Below are positions 32,175-40,125 of a DNA stretch of 43,660 nt, piece by piece. Source of the DNA: an uncultured Candidatus Saccharibacteria bacterium (GTDB lineage: Bacteria > Patescibacteriota > Andersenbacteria > UBA10190). The translations under genes and the position numbers were made by a program. The stretch lies in assembly GCA_964374055.1 (NCBI GenBank), contig CAYJWZ010000001.1, positions 1 to 43,660 of the forward strand. The letters run 5' to 3'. Under the pieces are notes generated by a model. That model was not told where the DNA came from and made no database searches. It saw nothing but the letters and a program-made list of their open reading frames with translations. Each line of letters begins with the position of its first letter. The first letter of the stretch is position 1.

Positions 32175-32918
32175 CTAACGTAGTTCGTAGGTAATCGTCA
32201 CCGTCGCCTTTAGTTCTTCCATTCCGGAAGGTACTGGTAATTTAGCGTCACCGCCCACAGCGGCTTCGGCTCGCCCAAAAATCGGTGGCCCGCCGCCTAC
32301 CGCATCAACTTTGAACGATTTTACTGAACCCAACCGGACACCAAGCGTTTTTGCCAGGCGCTCCGCTTTCTCACGGGCATCTTCAATCGCTTTTGTTTGG
32401 GCTTCTTCCTGTAGGGCTGTTGGGTCGTCCACTTCAAAAGCCACCCCGCCGGCTTGATTAGCCCCGGCCGCCGTGCCCTGTGTCAGCACGTCACCCACCC
32501 GCTCCAAATCACGAATGGTCACTGTCACTGTTTCATTGGCTTCAAAACCGCGCAGTGTTCGCCCGGTTTGGAAATCATAGGCCGGGTTTACGGACACGTT
32601 ACTTGTTTTAATATCGTCTTTCTTGATGCCGGTTGCCTCCAAAGCTTTTTGCACTGCCGAAAACTTCGTGGCCAACTGATCAATCGCTTGCTTGGCAGTC
32701 GGTTGTGCTTCTATCTGAACTCCCAAAGTTAAACGGGCCACATCCGGCTTACTCGTCACCTCGCCTGTGCCCTGGACACTAATTTCCCGGTTCGCTTCAG
32801 TTTCCTGTTTAATGCGCTGCGGCTGCGAGGTGATATACTGACCGGCCAAGTAAAAAAGTCCGGCCAGTACCACCACTCCCACCCAACCCGGATTGCGCAA
32901 CGAGGTGCCTTCAAACAT
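32175..32918 (-). CDS. SIMPL-domain (DUF541) protein
   Basis: Start set to ATG 32918 (MFEGTS.., TM helix). ISVQGTGEVTSKPDVARLTLGV, RGFEANETVTVTIRD, AIEDAREKAERLAKTLG. Confidence 0.75.
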   Translation of the reverse strand: MFEGTSLRNPGWVGVVVLAGLFYLAGQYITSQPQRIKQETEANREISVQGTGEVTSKPDVARLTLGVQIEAQPTAKQAIDQLATKFSAVQKALEATGIKKDDIKTSNVSVNPAYDFQTGRTLRGFEANETVTVTIRDLERVGDVLTQGTAAGANQAGGVAFEVDDPTALQEEAQTKAIEDAREKAERLAKTLGVRLGSVKSFKVDAVGGGPPIFGRAEAAVGGDAKLPVPSGMEELKATVTITYELR

Positions 32919-32937
32919 ACTATCACCATACCCTATT

Positions 32938-33489
32938 ATGTCCGGGCATTCCAAGTGGGCGCAGATCAAACGCCAAAAAGCGGTCGTTGACTTGAAGCGC
33001 GGCCAGGCCTTCACCAAACTGGCCCGGGCCATCACCGTAGCCGCTCGCCACGGTGCCAACCCCACCATGAACGCCGCCCTACAACGCGCCATTGATCAAG
33101 CGCGCGCGGCCAACATGCCTAAAGACAACATCGATCACGCTATCCAACGCGCCGCCGATACTAGCGCCGCTCAACTCGAACAGTTATTACTTGAAGCCTA
33201 CGGCCCCGGTGGTGTCGGCATACTCATCAGTGTTGCCACCGATAACCATAACCGTACGATTGCCGAGCTACGACATCTTTTAACTGAACATCGGGCTTCA
33301 CTTGGCACCACCGGCAGCGTGCTCTGGCAATTTGAACGACAGGGATCTGCCTGGCAACCAAAGCAATCACTCCCGCTCGACGATACAAGTAAAAAACAAC
33401 TCACTAATCTTATAGCCGCCCTCGAACAGAGCGACGACGTGATTGATGTTACTACGAATGCGAAGGGAGGTGACTCATATGACAGCTAA
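32938..33489 (+). CDS. yebC: YebC/PmpR-family protein (short form, 183 aa)
   Basis: MSGHSKWAQIKRQKAVVDLKRGQAFTKL, ANMPKDNIDHAIQRA, YGPGGVGILISVATDNHNRT; shorter than typical members (about 240 aa). Confidence 0.85.
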   Translation: MSGHSKWAQIKRQKAVVDLKRGQAFTKLARAITVAARHGANPTMNAALQRAIDQARAANMPKDNIDHAIQRAADTSAAQLEQLLLEAYGPGGVGILISVATDNHNRTIAELRHLLTEHRASLGTTGSVLWQFERQGSAWQPKQSLPLDDTSKKQLTNLIAALEQSDDVIDVTTNAKGGDSYDS

Positions 33490-33706
33490 ACAACGTCTAA
33501 GTCTTACCGCCAGCGCCGCTCTCACCGGACTGTTACTCGCGGGTGCCGCCTTGGCTGACAACGAAGTGCCGCCCGGTGGCCCATGCGATCCGCTGACCAA
33601 TACTTTCAAAAACCATGGGAAGTACGTCTCGTGTGTTGCCCATAATGAGCCGCCTGGCAGCGGCGCCATAATCTCCGCCGCCGGCCGATCAGGCGTCGGC
33701 AAATAA
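33479..33706 (+). CDS. Small secreted protein (75 aa), hypothetical
   Basis: GGGAGGTG RBS; signal-peptide-like MTAKQRLSLTASAALTGLLLAGAALA; two Cys. Confidence 0.45.
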   Translation: MTAKQRLSLTASAALTGLLLAGAALADNEVPPGGPCDPLTNTFKNHGKYVSCVAHNEPPGSGAIISAAGRSGVGK

Positions 33707-33713
33707 TACCTGC

Positions 33714-33959
33714 TTATCGTCCAAACACTTTTTGCTCGAGCCGCGTGACGCGCGCCGGAATGTCTTGCAACGGCTTCAGCATCGCCTCAATCCGCTGTAG
33801 GGTATCCAGAATTTTGTCTATCGTTACCTCGACCCGGTCAAGCCTGGCCTCTACCTTATCTATTCGCCCGCCCAAGTCACTTCTCGCATCGTTAATCGAA
33901 GACTGCAGCTGCTCGGTTACTTCCCGAAACTCTCGCCTTGTAATTGGCCCATCATCCAT
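33714..33959 (-). CDS. Small coiled-coil protein (81 aa), hypothetical
   Basis: Heptad-like pattern; ends with RLEQK; divergent from a similar small ORF at 34093. Confidence 0.45.
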   Translation of the reverse strand: MDDGPITRREFREVTEQLQSSINDARSDLGGRIDKVEARLDRVEVTIDKILDTLQRIEAMLKPLQDIPARVTRLEQKVFGR

Positions 33960-34092
33960 TCCAGTAGTATACCATGTGTCCCCGGTTGAACGTTAATCGA
34001 ACCATTCTTGACTCAACCAAGCTCCGGCAGTTTCTTAGTGTGCAACAACACATGATTTGCTCCTCATCTTCGCCCGTGGAATAATACAAGCA

Positions 34093-34350
34093 ATGACCAA
34101 GAAGAAACCCACCAACCAGCCACCCGTTACCCACGATCAGTTGAAAGCCGTGGTTGCTGCGGCCGAAGCTCGCCTCCTCGCCAAGATCGAAGACAGTGGC
34201 GAAGAAACCCGACGCCACCTGGCTGTCGCCGTTGAAACCATCTCCAGTGAAGTCCGTGGCGCCTTCCACGATGCCACTGCCGTCCTGACTGATAAAGTCC
34301 AAGATCACGAGAGCCGCCTCACCGCCCTCGAACACCAGCCACGCCGCTAG
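34093..34350 (+). CDS. Small coiled-coil protein (85 aa), hypothetical
   Basis: ATG 34093 lies 7 nt after TGgAATAAT (34077-34085); helical, ends RLTALEHQ. Confidence 0.45.
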   Translation: MTKKKPTNQPPVTHDQLKAVVAAAEARLLAKIEDSGEETRRHLAVAVETISSEVRGAFHDATAVLTDKVQDHESRLTALEHQPRR

Positions 34351-34497
34351 ATCAGGGAGTAGGCGTCGCTCTGAATTCGCCCGCCTGAGGCAGTATCTGC
34401 TTGTGATAATCATGTCCACGCAGTGTGCCGCGTTTTGGCACTAGCCCTACTTCTCCGCTGGGTTGAGAGCAGCTTGCGAGGTCATTACTGTGCGGTG

Positions 34498-34570
34498 TGT
34501 CCCCGGCAGGATTCGAACCTGCGGCCTTTGGCTTCGGAGGCCAACGCTCTATCCACTGAGCTACGAGGAC
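34498..34570 (-). tRNA. tRNA-Arg (anticodon CCG)
   Basis: Cloverleaf read by hand: GTCCTCG/CGGGGAC acceptor, GCTC-AGTGGATA-GAGC D-arm, TTGGC-CTCCGAA-GCCAA anticodon arm, GCAGG-TTCGAAT-CCTGC T-arm, discriminator A. No encoded CCA. Confidence 0.9.
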
Positions 34571-34637
34571 CTGCCCCCAGTGTTACCGCAAACTGACAGG
34601 TTACTCAAGTTTTATAACGGCCTGTGGAAAACATTTC

Positions 34638-34646
34638 TGCTATGAT
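34638..34646 (+). promoter_or_regulatory. Possible extended -10 promoter of the riboswitch transcript
   Basis: TGc-TATGAT; no convincing -35. Confidence 0.3.
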
Positions 34647-34659
34647 AACCATGCTCCTT

Positions 34660-34810
34660 TGAACTTCGATAGAACACGTGGTTCGCTGCCACGCTTAGTC
34701 CGCCAGCTGGCGGATAGGTCCAGGGAAAGTCGGTGCAAATCCGACGCTGGTATGCCGCAACTGTAATTTCTGCTACCAAGCAGAATAAGTCAGAGCGCCT
34801 GGGTTCTTAA
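34660..34810 (+). promoter_or_regulatory. Cobalamin (B12) riboswitch aptamer
   Basis: Core matches the RF00174 consensus as I recall it: AGGGAA (34722-34727), GTC-GGTGCAAATCC-GAC (34732-34742), GCTGG..GCCGCAACTGTAA (34754-34766), P6-like hairpin TTCTGC-taccaa-GCAGAA, B12-box-like AAGTCAGAGCGCCTGGG (34787-34803). Confidence 0.75.
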
Positions 34811-34851
34811 TACTGTTACCTTCGTGCATAAGGATATTTTTTTATTTGTGT

Positions 34852-34887
34852 AAACTCCTTGTGCGCTCGCCAAGGAGTTTTTGTTTT
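34852..34887 (+). terminator. Riboswitch expression platform: terminator hairpin that also sequesters the RBS
   Basis: AAACTCCTTG (34852-34861) / CAAGGAGTTT (34871-34880) followed by TTGTTTT. The AAGGAG in the 3' arm is the only RBS for ATG 34888. Confidence 0.7.
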
Positions 34888-37800
34888 ATGAGTGAAATCC
34901 AAACACCCGACCTTGAAATGCTAGAAGAATTGCCAGAAGTGGCTGCTTTTGATTCGAAGAAAGAAGATGAGCCCGACGAAGATAAGAAAACAGAAGAAAA
35001 AGAACAGGTTGAAGATGAGGAAGCGGCAGACTTTGAAGCCGCCGAGGAGGAGCTCATGGCCATAGCTGGCTGCAGTCGGCTCGAGATAGTATCAGCTGCC
35101 GAAACATACGAAGTGACGGTCGAGCCCGATGGCCGCGCTTATATCGGCACGAGTCTGATTCCCAATTTTGTCCCGGAGCCCAGCCACGTTGGGGTCGATG
35201 ACAAAGGCATAGAACACGGCATGTACGCCAGAGTTATGACGGGCCAGCGCACCGAGGGCGATAAAAAAATATACACCTTCATGGTACAGAACTACCGAAT
35301 ACCCGAAACCGAGCAACCAGCTGAAGAAGTTTCCAAAGAAGAACTATTACTTACCGAACCATTGATCATGGAACAACCGGGTGAACAGGTATGGAGTGAA
35401 GAAGAGAACCTCGCTCCAGCCGAACAAGTTGAAAATAAAGCAGCTGGATATGCGACTGATGCAGTAGAATTGCCCGGGGAAATAACCGAAGAAGTTGTTA
35501 TCGAAGCGTCGCCGCTAGTAGCCGAAACTGATCTAGAAACGAGCATTATTGTACCCCTGCCTAAAACAAGTGCTATCGAGGCTCCCCTACCAACCGGTGT
35601 CGAACAACCAATAGCCATTCCCCCAGTCGAAACAATACTCCAAGAAAGCGACAAAAAGCCAGACATACCTCAAGGAATTGAGGTTATTGCTGATGTTCGA
35701 GAACAAGAAGCAACACCACCAAAAAGCATTGAAGTGCCGATCGTAGAAAACACCCTAGAACAATCAGAGATCATTAGTCAGCCACAGGTTGAAATCACGA
35801 CCCTTGAAACCCCAGCTAAGCCCCCTGTTCAAAATTATGAGGTGAATACGGTTGTGCCAGTTGAAGTAAAAAGCAAAAAGTTTAAAGTTACTGAAATTGT
35901 CGTGCCGCAGGAGGTAACAAAGATAGAAAAAAATACGGTGACAGTTGAGCAAGCTCCCCCTCAACCAAAAAGTATCATGGCTGAAGTAACAGCACGTGAG
36001 ACAACTCCAATCTCTATAACCCCTAGCGAAAATCTGAGCACCACAAAAGAAACACAGGCACCTGAGAATGATTTCGTTCCCAAAGAGTTGTCACCCACAC
36101 CAGCAATCACCGCACCAGGCCACAACGAAGTACAAGTGCCAATAGAAACAAGAAAGTTACAACCAGTAGTAGTTGAGTCAGCAAGTACTGAGTTACCTAT
36201 CACTGTCCCTATAAGCGCAACAGAAAAACCCACAATTCTTGTGGATGATTTAGCAGTTACCTACGAACCGTCGCCTTCACGTCTCGTGGTGCCGGAAGTA
36301 ACAATAAACGATGATTCAGTAGCTACTCTTGAAGTGTCGCCAAAGCCAGCGCAGGCAATTGAAAGATCACCCAAAACTATCAAGCAAACCCCAAGCAATA
36401 TTTCTCAACCTATTTCTGTCTCAAAAGTCGAAACGCATGCTCAACCACCTGTCGTAGAGAAAACTACACCAGTCTCTAGCGAAGTACCTGTTACCACTAT
36501 TGAAGTAATTTCAGTTGACCAACCAGAACAAGACAGAATAGTTGAAGATGACTTTGTAATCACACAAGAGCCTGCGCCTGTCTTCAACAGTGAAAAAGTG
36601 CCCTTTGTCAATGAAGTGCCATCTCAAAAAGTAGCCATATCAGAAACAGTAGTTGAGTCAGCAAGTACTGAGTTACCTATCACTGTCCCTATAAGCGCAA
36701 CAGAAAAACCCACAATTCTTGTGGATGATTTAGCAGTTACCTACGAACCGTCGCCTTCACGTCTCGTGGTGCCGGAAGTAACAATAAACGATGATTCAGT
36801 AGCTACTCTTGAAGTGTCGCCAAAGCCAGCGCAGGCAATTGAAAGATCACCCAAAACTATCAAGCAAACCCCAAGCAATATTTCTCAACCTATTTCTGTC
36901 TCAAAAGTCGAAACGCATGCTCAACCACCTGTCGTAGAGAAAACTACACCAGTCTCTAGCGAAGTACCTGTTACCACTATTGAAGTAATTTCAGTTGACC
37001 AACCAGAACAAGACAGAATAAAAGTAGCCATATCAGAAACAAGCGAGTCACCAACAAAAAACATGGAACCAATCCATGTTATTCCTGTTAATGAGCCAAA
37101 GGTACCGCCACTGGTAGCACCCGAAGCCATTACTCAAGAAAAAACTAGCAACCCTGACATAACTCCCCCAGAAATAGTTGTTGATCTTGTGCAGCCAATT
37201 CTTAAAGTGGAGTCGCCCGCGCCCATTGCACCAACTGAAATGGTTGAAACTCAGCCGTCCCCAACAACAGTTTCGCCTGTTGTATTCACGCCACCTGAAA
37301 CAAAGTCACCACCGGCAATCACCGAACAAGCACCAACAACCGCACCAGAGCTAACAACCTTTAATCCACAAACCGACATAAAAGAACCTGCCCCGGCCGC
37401 ACCCCCTGTCCCATTACAAGCGCCAACTACACCAGCGCCGCTGGTAACACCACCCCCACCACAGAATTTCACACCCCAACCCCCAATGCCCCCAGTGAGC
37501 ACTAAGTTTGTAATTCCGGAAGCAATCAGTCAGTTAACCCCACCCGAAATAATAAGTGCTGTCTCGCAACCCTCTTCTTCACCAGAATCATTCGTACCAA
37601 TCCCGCCCGAAAGACCCCAACCAGAAGTTCGTCCACTCTCTCCAGAAGTAGCCGAAGAAATTACTGAAATCATGCAAACCCCGCCGATCGTTCAACAAGA
37701 AAATACTCCACCACTGTTCCCGCCCGAAATAATCATTCGCGACCGCAAAGGCATCATTACGCAGCCGTTCTATGAAGTTATGGCCGCCCTCGAAGCCGCG

Positions 37801-38250
37801 CCACGCGGCACCACTATTGAAGTAGTCGGCCCCGTTGATGAAGACGGTAAAGTGCAAGATGTTACTGTATTGGAGCACATACAGGATAGCCAAACCGGTG
37901 AACCAATAATTCAACAACGCTTTTTTGAACGTCCGGTAGCCGAGCAAAGCGAAGCCACGCCCCCGGCAACTAATTGGGAGGTGGCCACGGTTGCTACCGG
38001 TGTGTTTGCAGTCCAAAGCGAAAAACAGACTTTCTCGCCTATTGTTATTACTGAGCGCGACCTGATCACCGTGGCCGAAACTGCCAGTAGTCGTACTACC
38101 AAAGCGCCGCGAGGTGCAAAACAAGAAGCCGCTCCTTTCGCTACCAAACCGCAACCAGCGCTCGTACTTACTGTATCTGATCAAACCACCACAGCCACGG
38201 CCGCAACGACCGTTCCACCAATCAGTATAAGAACCTATGCCGCAAACTAA
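34888..38250 (+). CDS. Giant acidic, Pro/Glu/Val/Thr-rich repeat protein (1120 aa), hypothetical
   Basis: ATG 34888 (MSEIQTPD...) with AAGGAG 11 nt upstream. Single long ORF; no signal peptide or TM seen; 160-aa in-frame duplication; Pro-rich stretch near residues 800-900. Confidence 0.7.
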   Translation: MSEIQTPDLEMLEELPEVAAFDSKKEDEPDEDKKTEEKEQVEDEEAADFEAAEEELMAIAGCSRLEIVSAAETYEVTVEPDGRAYIGTSLIPNFVPEPSHVGVDDKGIEHGMYARVMTGQRTEGDKKIYTFMVQNYRIPETEQPAEEVSKEELLLTEPLIMEQPGEQVWSEEENLAPAEQVENKAAGYATDAVELPGEITEEVVIEASPLVAETDLETSIIVPLPKTSAIEAPLPTGVEQPIAIPPVETILQESDKKPDIPQGIEVIADVREQEATPPKSIEVPIVENTLEQSEIISQPQVEITTLETPAKPPVQNYEVNTVVPVEVKSKKFKVTEIVVPQEVTKIEKNTVTVEQAPPQPKSIMAEVTARETTPISITPSENLSTTKETQAPENDFVPKELSPTPAITAPGHNEVQVPIETRKLQPVVVESASTELPITVPISATEKPTILVDDLAVTYEPSPSRLVVPEVTINDDSVATLEVSPKPAQAIERSPKTIKQTPSNISQPISVSKVETHAQPPVVEKTTPVSSEVPVTTIEVISVDQPEQDRIVEDDFVITQEPAPVFNSEKVPFVNEVPSQKVAISETVVESASTELPITVPISATEKPTILVDDLAVTYEPSPSRLVVPEVTINDDSVATLEVSPKPAQAIERSPKTIKQTPSNISQPISVSKVETHAQPPVVEKTTPVSSEVPVTTIEVISVDQPEQDRIKVAISETSESPTKNMEPIHVIPVNEPKVPPLVAPEAITQEKTSNPDITPPEIVVDLVQPILKVESPAPIAPTEMVETQPSPTTVSPVVFTPPETKSPPAITEQAPTTAPELTTFNPQTDIKEPAPAAPPVPLQAPTTPAPLVTPPPPQNFTPQPPMPPVSTKFVIPEAISQLTPPEIISAVSQPSSSPESFVPIPPERPQPEVRPLSPEVAEEITEIMQTPPIVQQENTPPLFPPEIIIRDRKGIITQPFYEVMAALEAAPRGTTIEVVGPVDEDGKVQDVTVLEHIQDSQTGEPIIQQRFFERPVAEQSEATPPATNWEVATVATGVFAVQSEKQTFSPIVITERDLITVAETASSRTTKAPRGAKQEAAPFATKPQPALVLTVSDQTTTATAATTVPPISIRTYAAN
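36168..36540 (+). repeat. 373-bp direct repeat, copy 1 (100% identical to copy 2)
   Basis: Line-by-line comparison with 36648-37020; offset is exactly 480 bp (in frame). Confidence 0.95.
36648..37020 (+). repeat. 373-bp direct repeat, copy 2
   Basis: Identical to 36168-36540. A 21-nt motif AAAGTAGCCATATCAGAAACA flanks it on both sides (36628-36648 and 37021-37041). Confidence 0.95.
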
Positions 38251-39916
38251 CACCCCGCTCCGGATCCGCGATCTGCTGCGCGAAGATATAGGTTATGAAC
38301 GCCTGCCACTCATCGAACGCCAGGCTGAACTTGACCGCTTGGCCCGTCGCTTGCGCCAACGTCGCCACAATAATCTCATTATCACTGGCCCGGCTGGTTG
38401 TGGTAAAACTGCCCTCTTCCACGGTTTTGTTGAAAAGCTTGCCACCGGCGCCTACCGCCAGCTAGTCGCCATGCCATACCTTAGTATATCCGCCACCGAG
38501 CTCAGTCGGCGCTTACTTGAGGCCCCGGATCGGGAAACAGTTTGTAACTATCTGGCCGCTGCCTTCAGGACATTGCCGACCGTAACCGTACTCATTGACG
38601 ATGCCGAACTTATCCTCGATGAACTGCACAGCCGTTCAGAGTTTACTCAAATCTTCGAAACTTTTTTGATCTCTGCCCGTTGCCGCCTCGTGCTCGTTCT
38701 TCCTCAACATCGTCTAACGATCATAAAAGAAAAATTCGATGCCGCCCTCACCAGTTTCGATATCCTCACCCTTGATCCACTCTCTAGTGCCGCCACCGAA
38801 CAACTCGTCATCCAACAGACTCCTCTGCTCGCTCAGCGCTATCACCTCCGCATGACCCGCGATGCCATCCAGACAATTGTTGAATTCAGTCAGCAACTAC
38901 CCATGCACTACGCCTTGCCCGAACGTGCCCTGCGCTTTTTTGAAGAAGTCTGCGCGGCTACTTCACTTCAGAATAAATCTGTCGTGGAGCGTAGCGATGT
39001 CCAAGCAGTGTTTCGCCAGCACGTTGGCCTACCGGCCCTTCAGCAAAATTCTGAACAAACCAATCGTTTACGTCAGCTGCCCGATATTCTAGCCAGCCAC
39101 GTGCACGGCCAGGCACACGCCGTTACCATAGTAGCTAAAACCGTTCAAGCCTCATGGCTCGGCCTGAAAGACGGTCGCCGCCCCTTTGGCTCTTTTTTAT
39201 TCCTCGGGCCCTCCGGTGTCGGCAAAACTGAACTGGCCAAAGTGCTGGCTCGTGAAGTGTTTGGTAGTGAGCAAACTTTTCTGCGCTTGGATATGTCAGA
39301 ATTTGCCGAGTCACATAACGCGCAGCGTCTTCTCGGTGCCCCACCCGGCTATGTCGGCTATGAAGCCGGTGGCCAGTTAACCAGCTTTGTGGAGCAACAC
39401 CCCTTTTCGTTGATTTTGCTCGACGAAATTGAAAAAGCGCATCCCTCTCTTTTTGATTTGTTCCTGCAAATTCTGGACGATGGTCGCTTAACCGATGGGC
39501 ACGGCCAGACAATCGATTTCACCAAAACCATCATTGTTGCTACTTCGAATGTCGGCACTTCTTACATCGTCGATGAAGCTGAACAAGGAAAAGATATCAC
39601 CAGTCATTCCTGGTTTAATGAGTATCTTTTGCCGCTCCTCTTGGAACGGTTCCGCCCCGAGTTTATTAATCGCTTCTCCGCCACCCTGGTCTTTAAGCCA
39701 CTCTCTGATGAAACGCTCTTGGCCATTGCTCACCAGGAACTACGTCGTCTCGAGCACCAAGTGCGACCACGCGGTATCACCTTACAATTTTCTGATGACT
39801 GGCTGCGTCAGCAAGTGCACCACTACCGCCACCCGCTTTTTGGTGCCCGTCCGTTGAAACGTTTCCTGGAACAAACATGTGAAAATCTTGTAACCGCTAA
39901 ATTATTACAACTATGA
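38237..39916 (+). CDS. Truncated Clp/Hsp100-type double AAA+ ATPase (559 aa; no N-domain or middle domain)
   Basis: D1: NNLIITGPAGCGKTAL, VLIDDAELI. D2: FLFLGPSGVGKTELAKVLA, PPGYVGYEAGGQLT, LILLDEIEKAH, ATSNVG, FRPEFINRFSATLVFKPL, GARPLKRFLE. ATG overlaps the upstream gene by 14 nt. Confidence 0.8.
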   Translation: MPQTNTPLRIRDLLREDIGYERLPLIERQAELDRLARRLRQRRHNNLIITGPAGCGKTALFHGFVEKLATGAYRQLVAMPYLSISATELSRRLLEAPDRETVCNYLAAAFRTLPTVTVLIDDAELILDELHSRSEFTQIFETFLISARCRLVLVLPQHRLTIIKEKFDAALTSFDILTLDPLSSAATEQLVIQQTPLLAQRYHLRMTRDAIQTIVEFSQQLPMHYALPERALRFFEEVCAATSLQNKSVVERSDVQAVFRQHVGLPALQQNSEQTNRLRQLPDILASHVHGQAHAVTIVAKTVQASWLGLKDGRRPFGSFLFLGPSGVGKTELAKVLAREVFGSEQTFLRLDMSEFAESHNAQRLLGAPPGYVGYEAGGQLTSFVEQHPFSLILLDEIEKAHPSLFDLFLQILDDGRLTDGHGQTIDFTKTIIVATSNVGTSYIVDEAEQGKDITSHSWFNEYLLPLLLERFRPEFINRFSATLVFKPLSDETLLAIAHQELRRLEHQVRPRGITLQFSDDWLRQQVHHYRHPLFGARPLKRFLEQTCENLVTAKLLQL

Positions 39917-40125
39917 CTGATCCGGCCGCCGCTTTCCAAAAAGTTAAGCCACTCCTCTCGCCAGCAGTCGTGGCGGAGATTGAACAGCGCCTCAAACGTT
40001 TTCGGGCTCGTCATGTTGAGCAACACCGAGCTGCCACAAAGCGCGCGCCGGTAGTAACGACCCCTTGGGTTATGCGCCCCAAGGCTCCGCCCCGTCCCCT
40101 TAATCGTTCCTACTTTACCCTATGA
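39913..40125 (+). CDS. Small hypothetical protein (70 aa)
   Basis: ATGA overlaps at both ends (39913-39916 and 40122-40125) indicate translational coupling. Confidence 0.5.
   Translation: MTDPAAAFQKVKPLLSPAVVAEIEQRLKRFRARHVEQHRAATKRAPVVTTPWVMRPKAPPRPLNRSYFTL

Noticed and set aside
32938-33489. YebC as a truncated pseudogene (183 aa versus about 240 aa typical)
   Set aside because: The reading frame is intact. The gene ends in an overlap with a downstream gene that has its own RBS, and the N-terminal and central conserved motifs are complete. A natural short form is more likely, but I cannot verify this without alignments.
34846-34887. TTG start at 34846 for the giant ORF
   Set aside because: It lies inside the riboswitch terminator hairpin. 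ATG 34888 has a correctly spaced AAGGAG.
37588-38253. 221-aa minus-strand ORF, and other 60-130-aa ORFs antisense to the giant gene
   Set aside because: They are antisense to a 3.4-kb uninterrupted ORF, with no RBS and compositionally mirror-image sequence.
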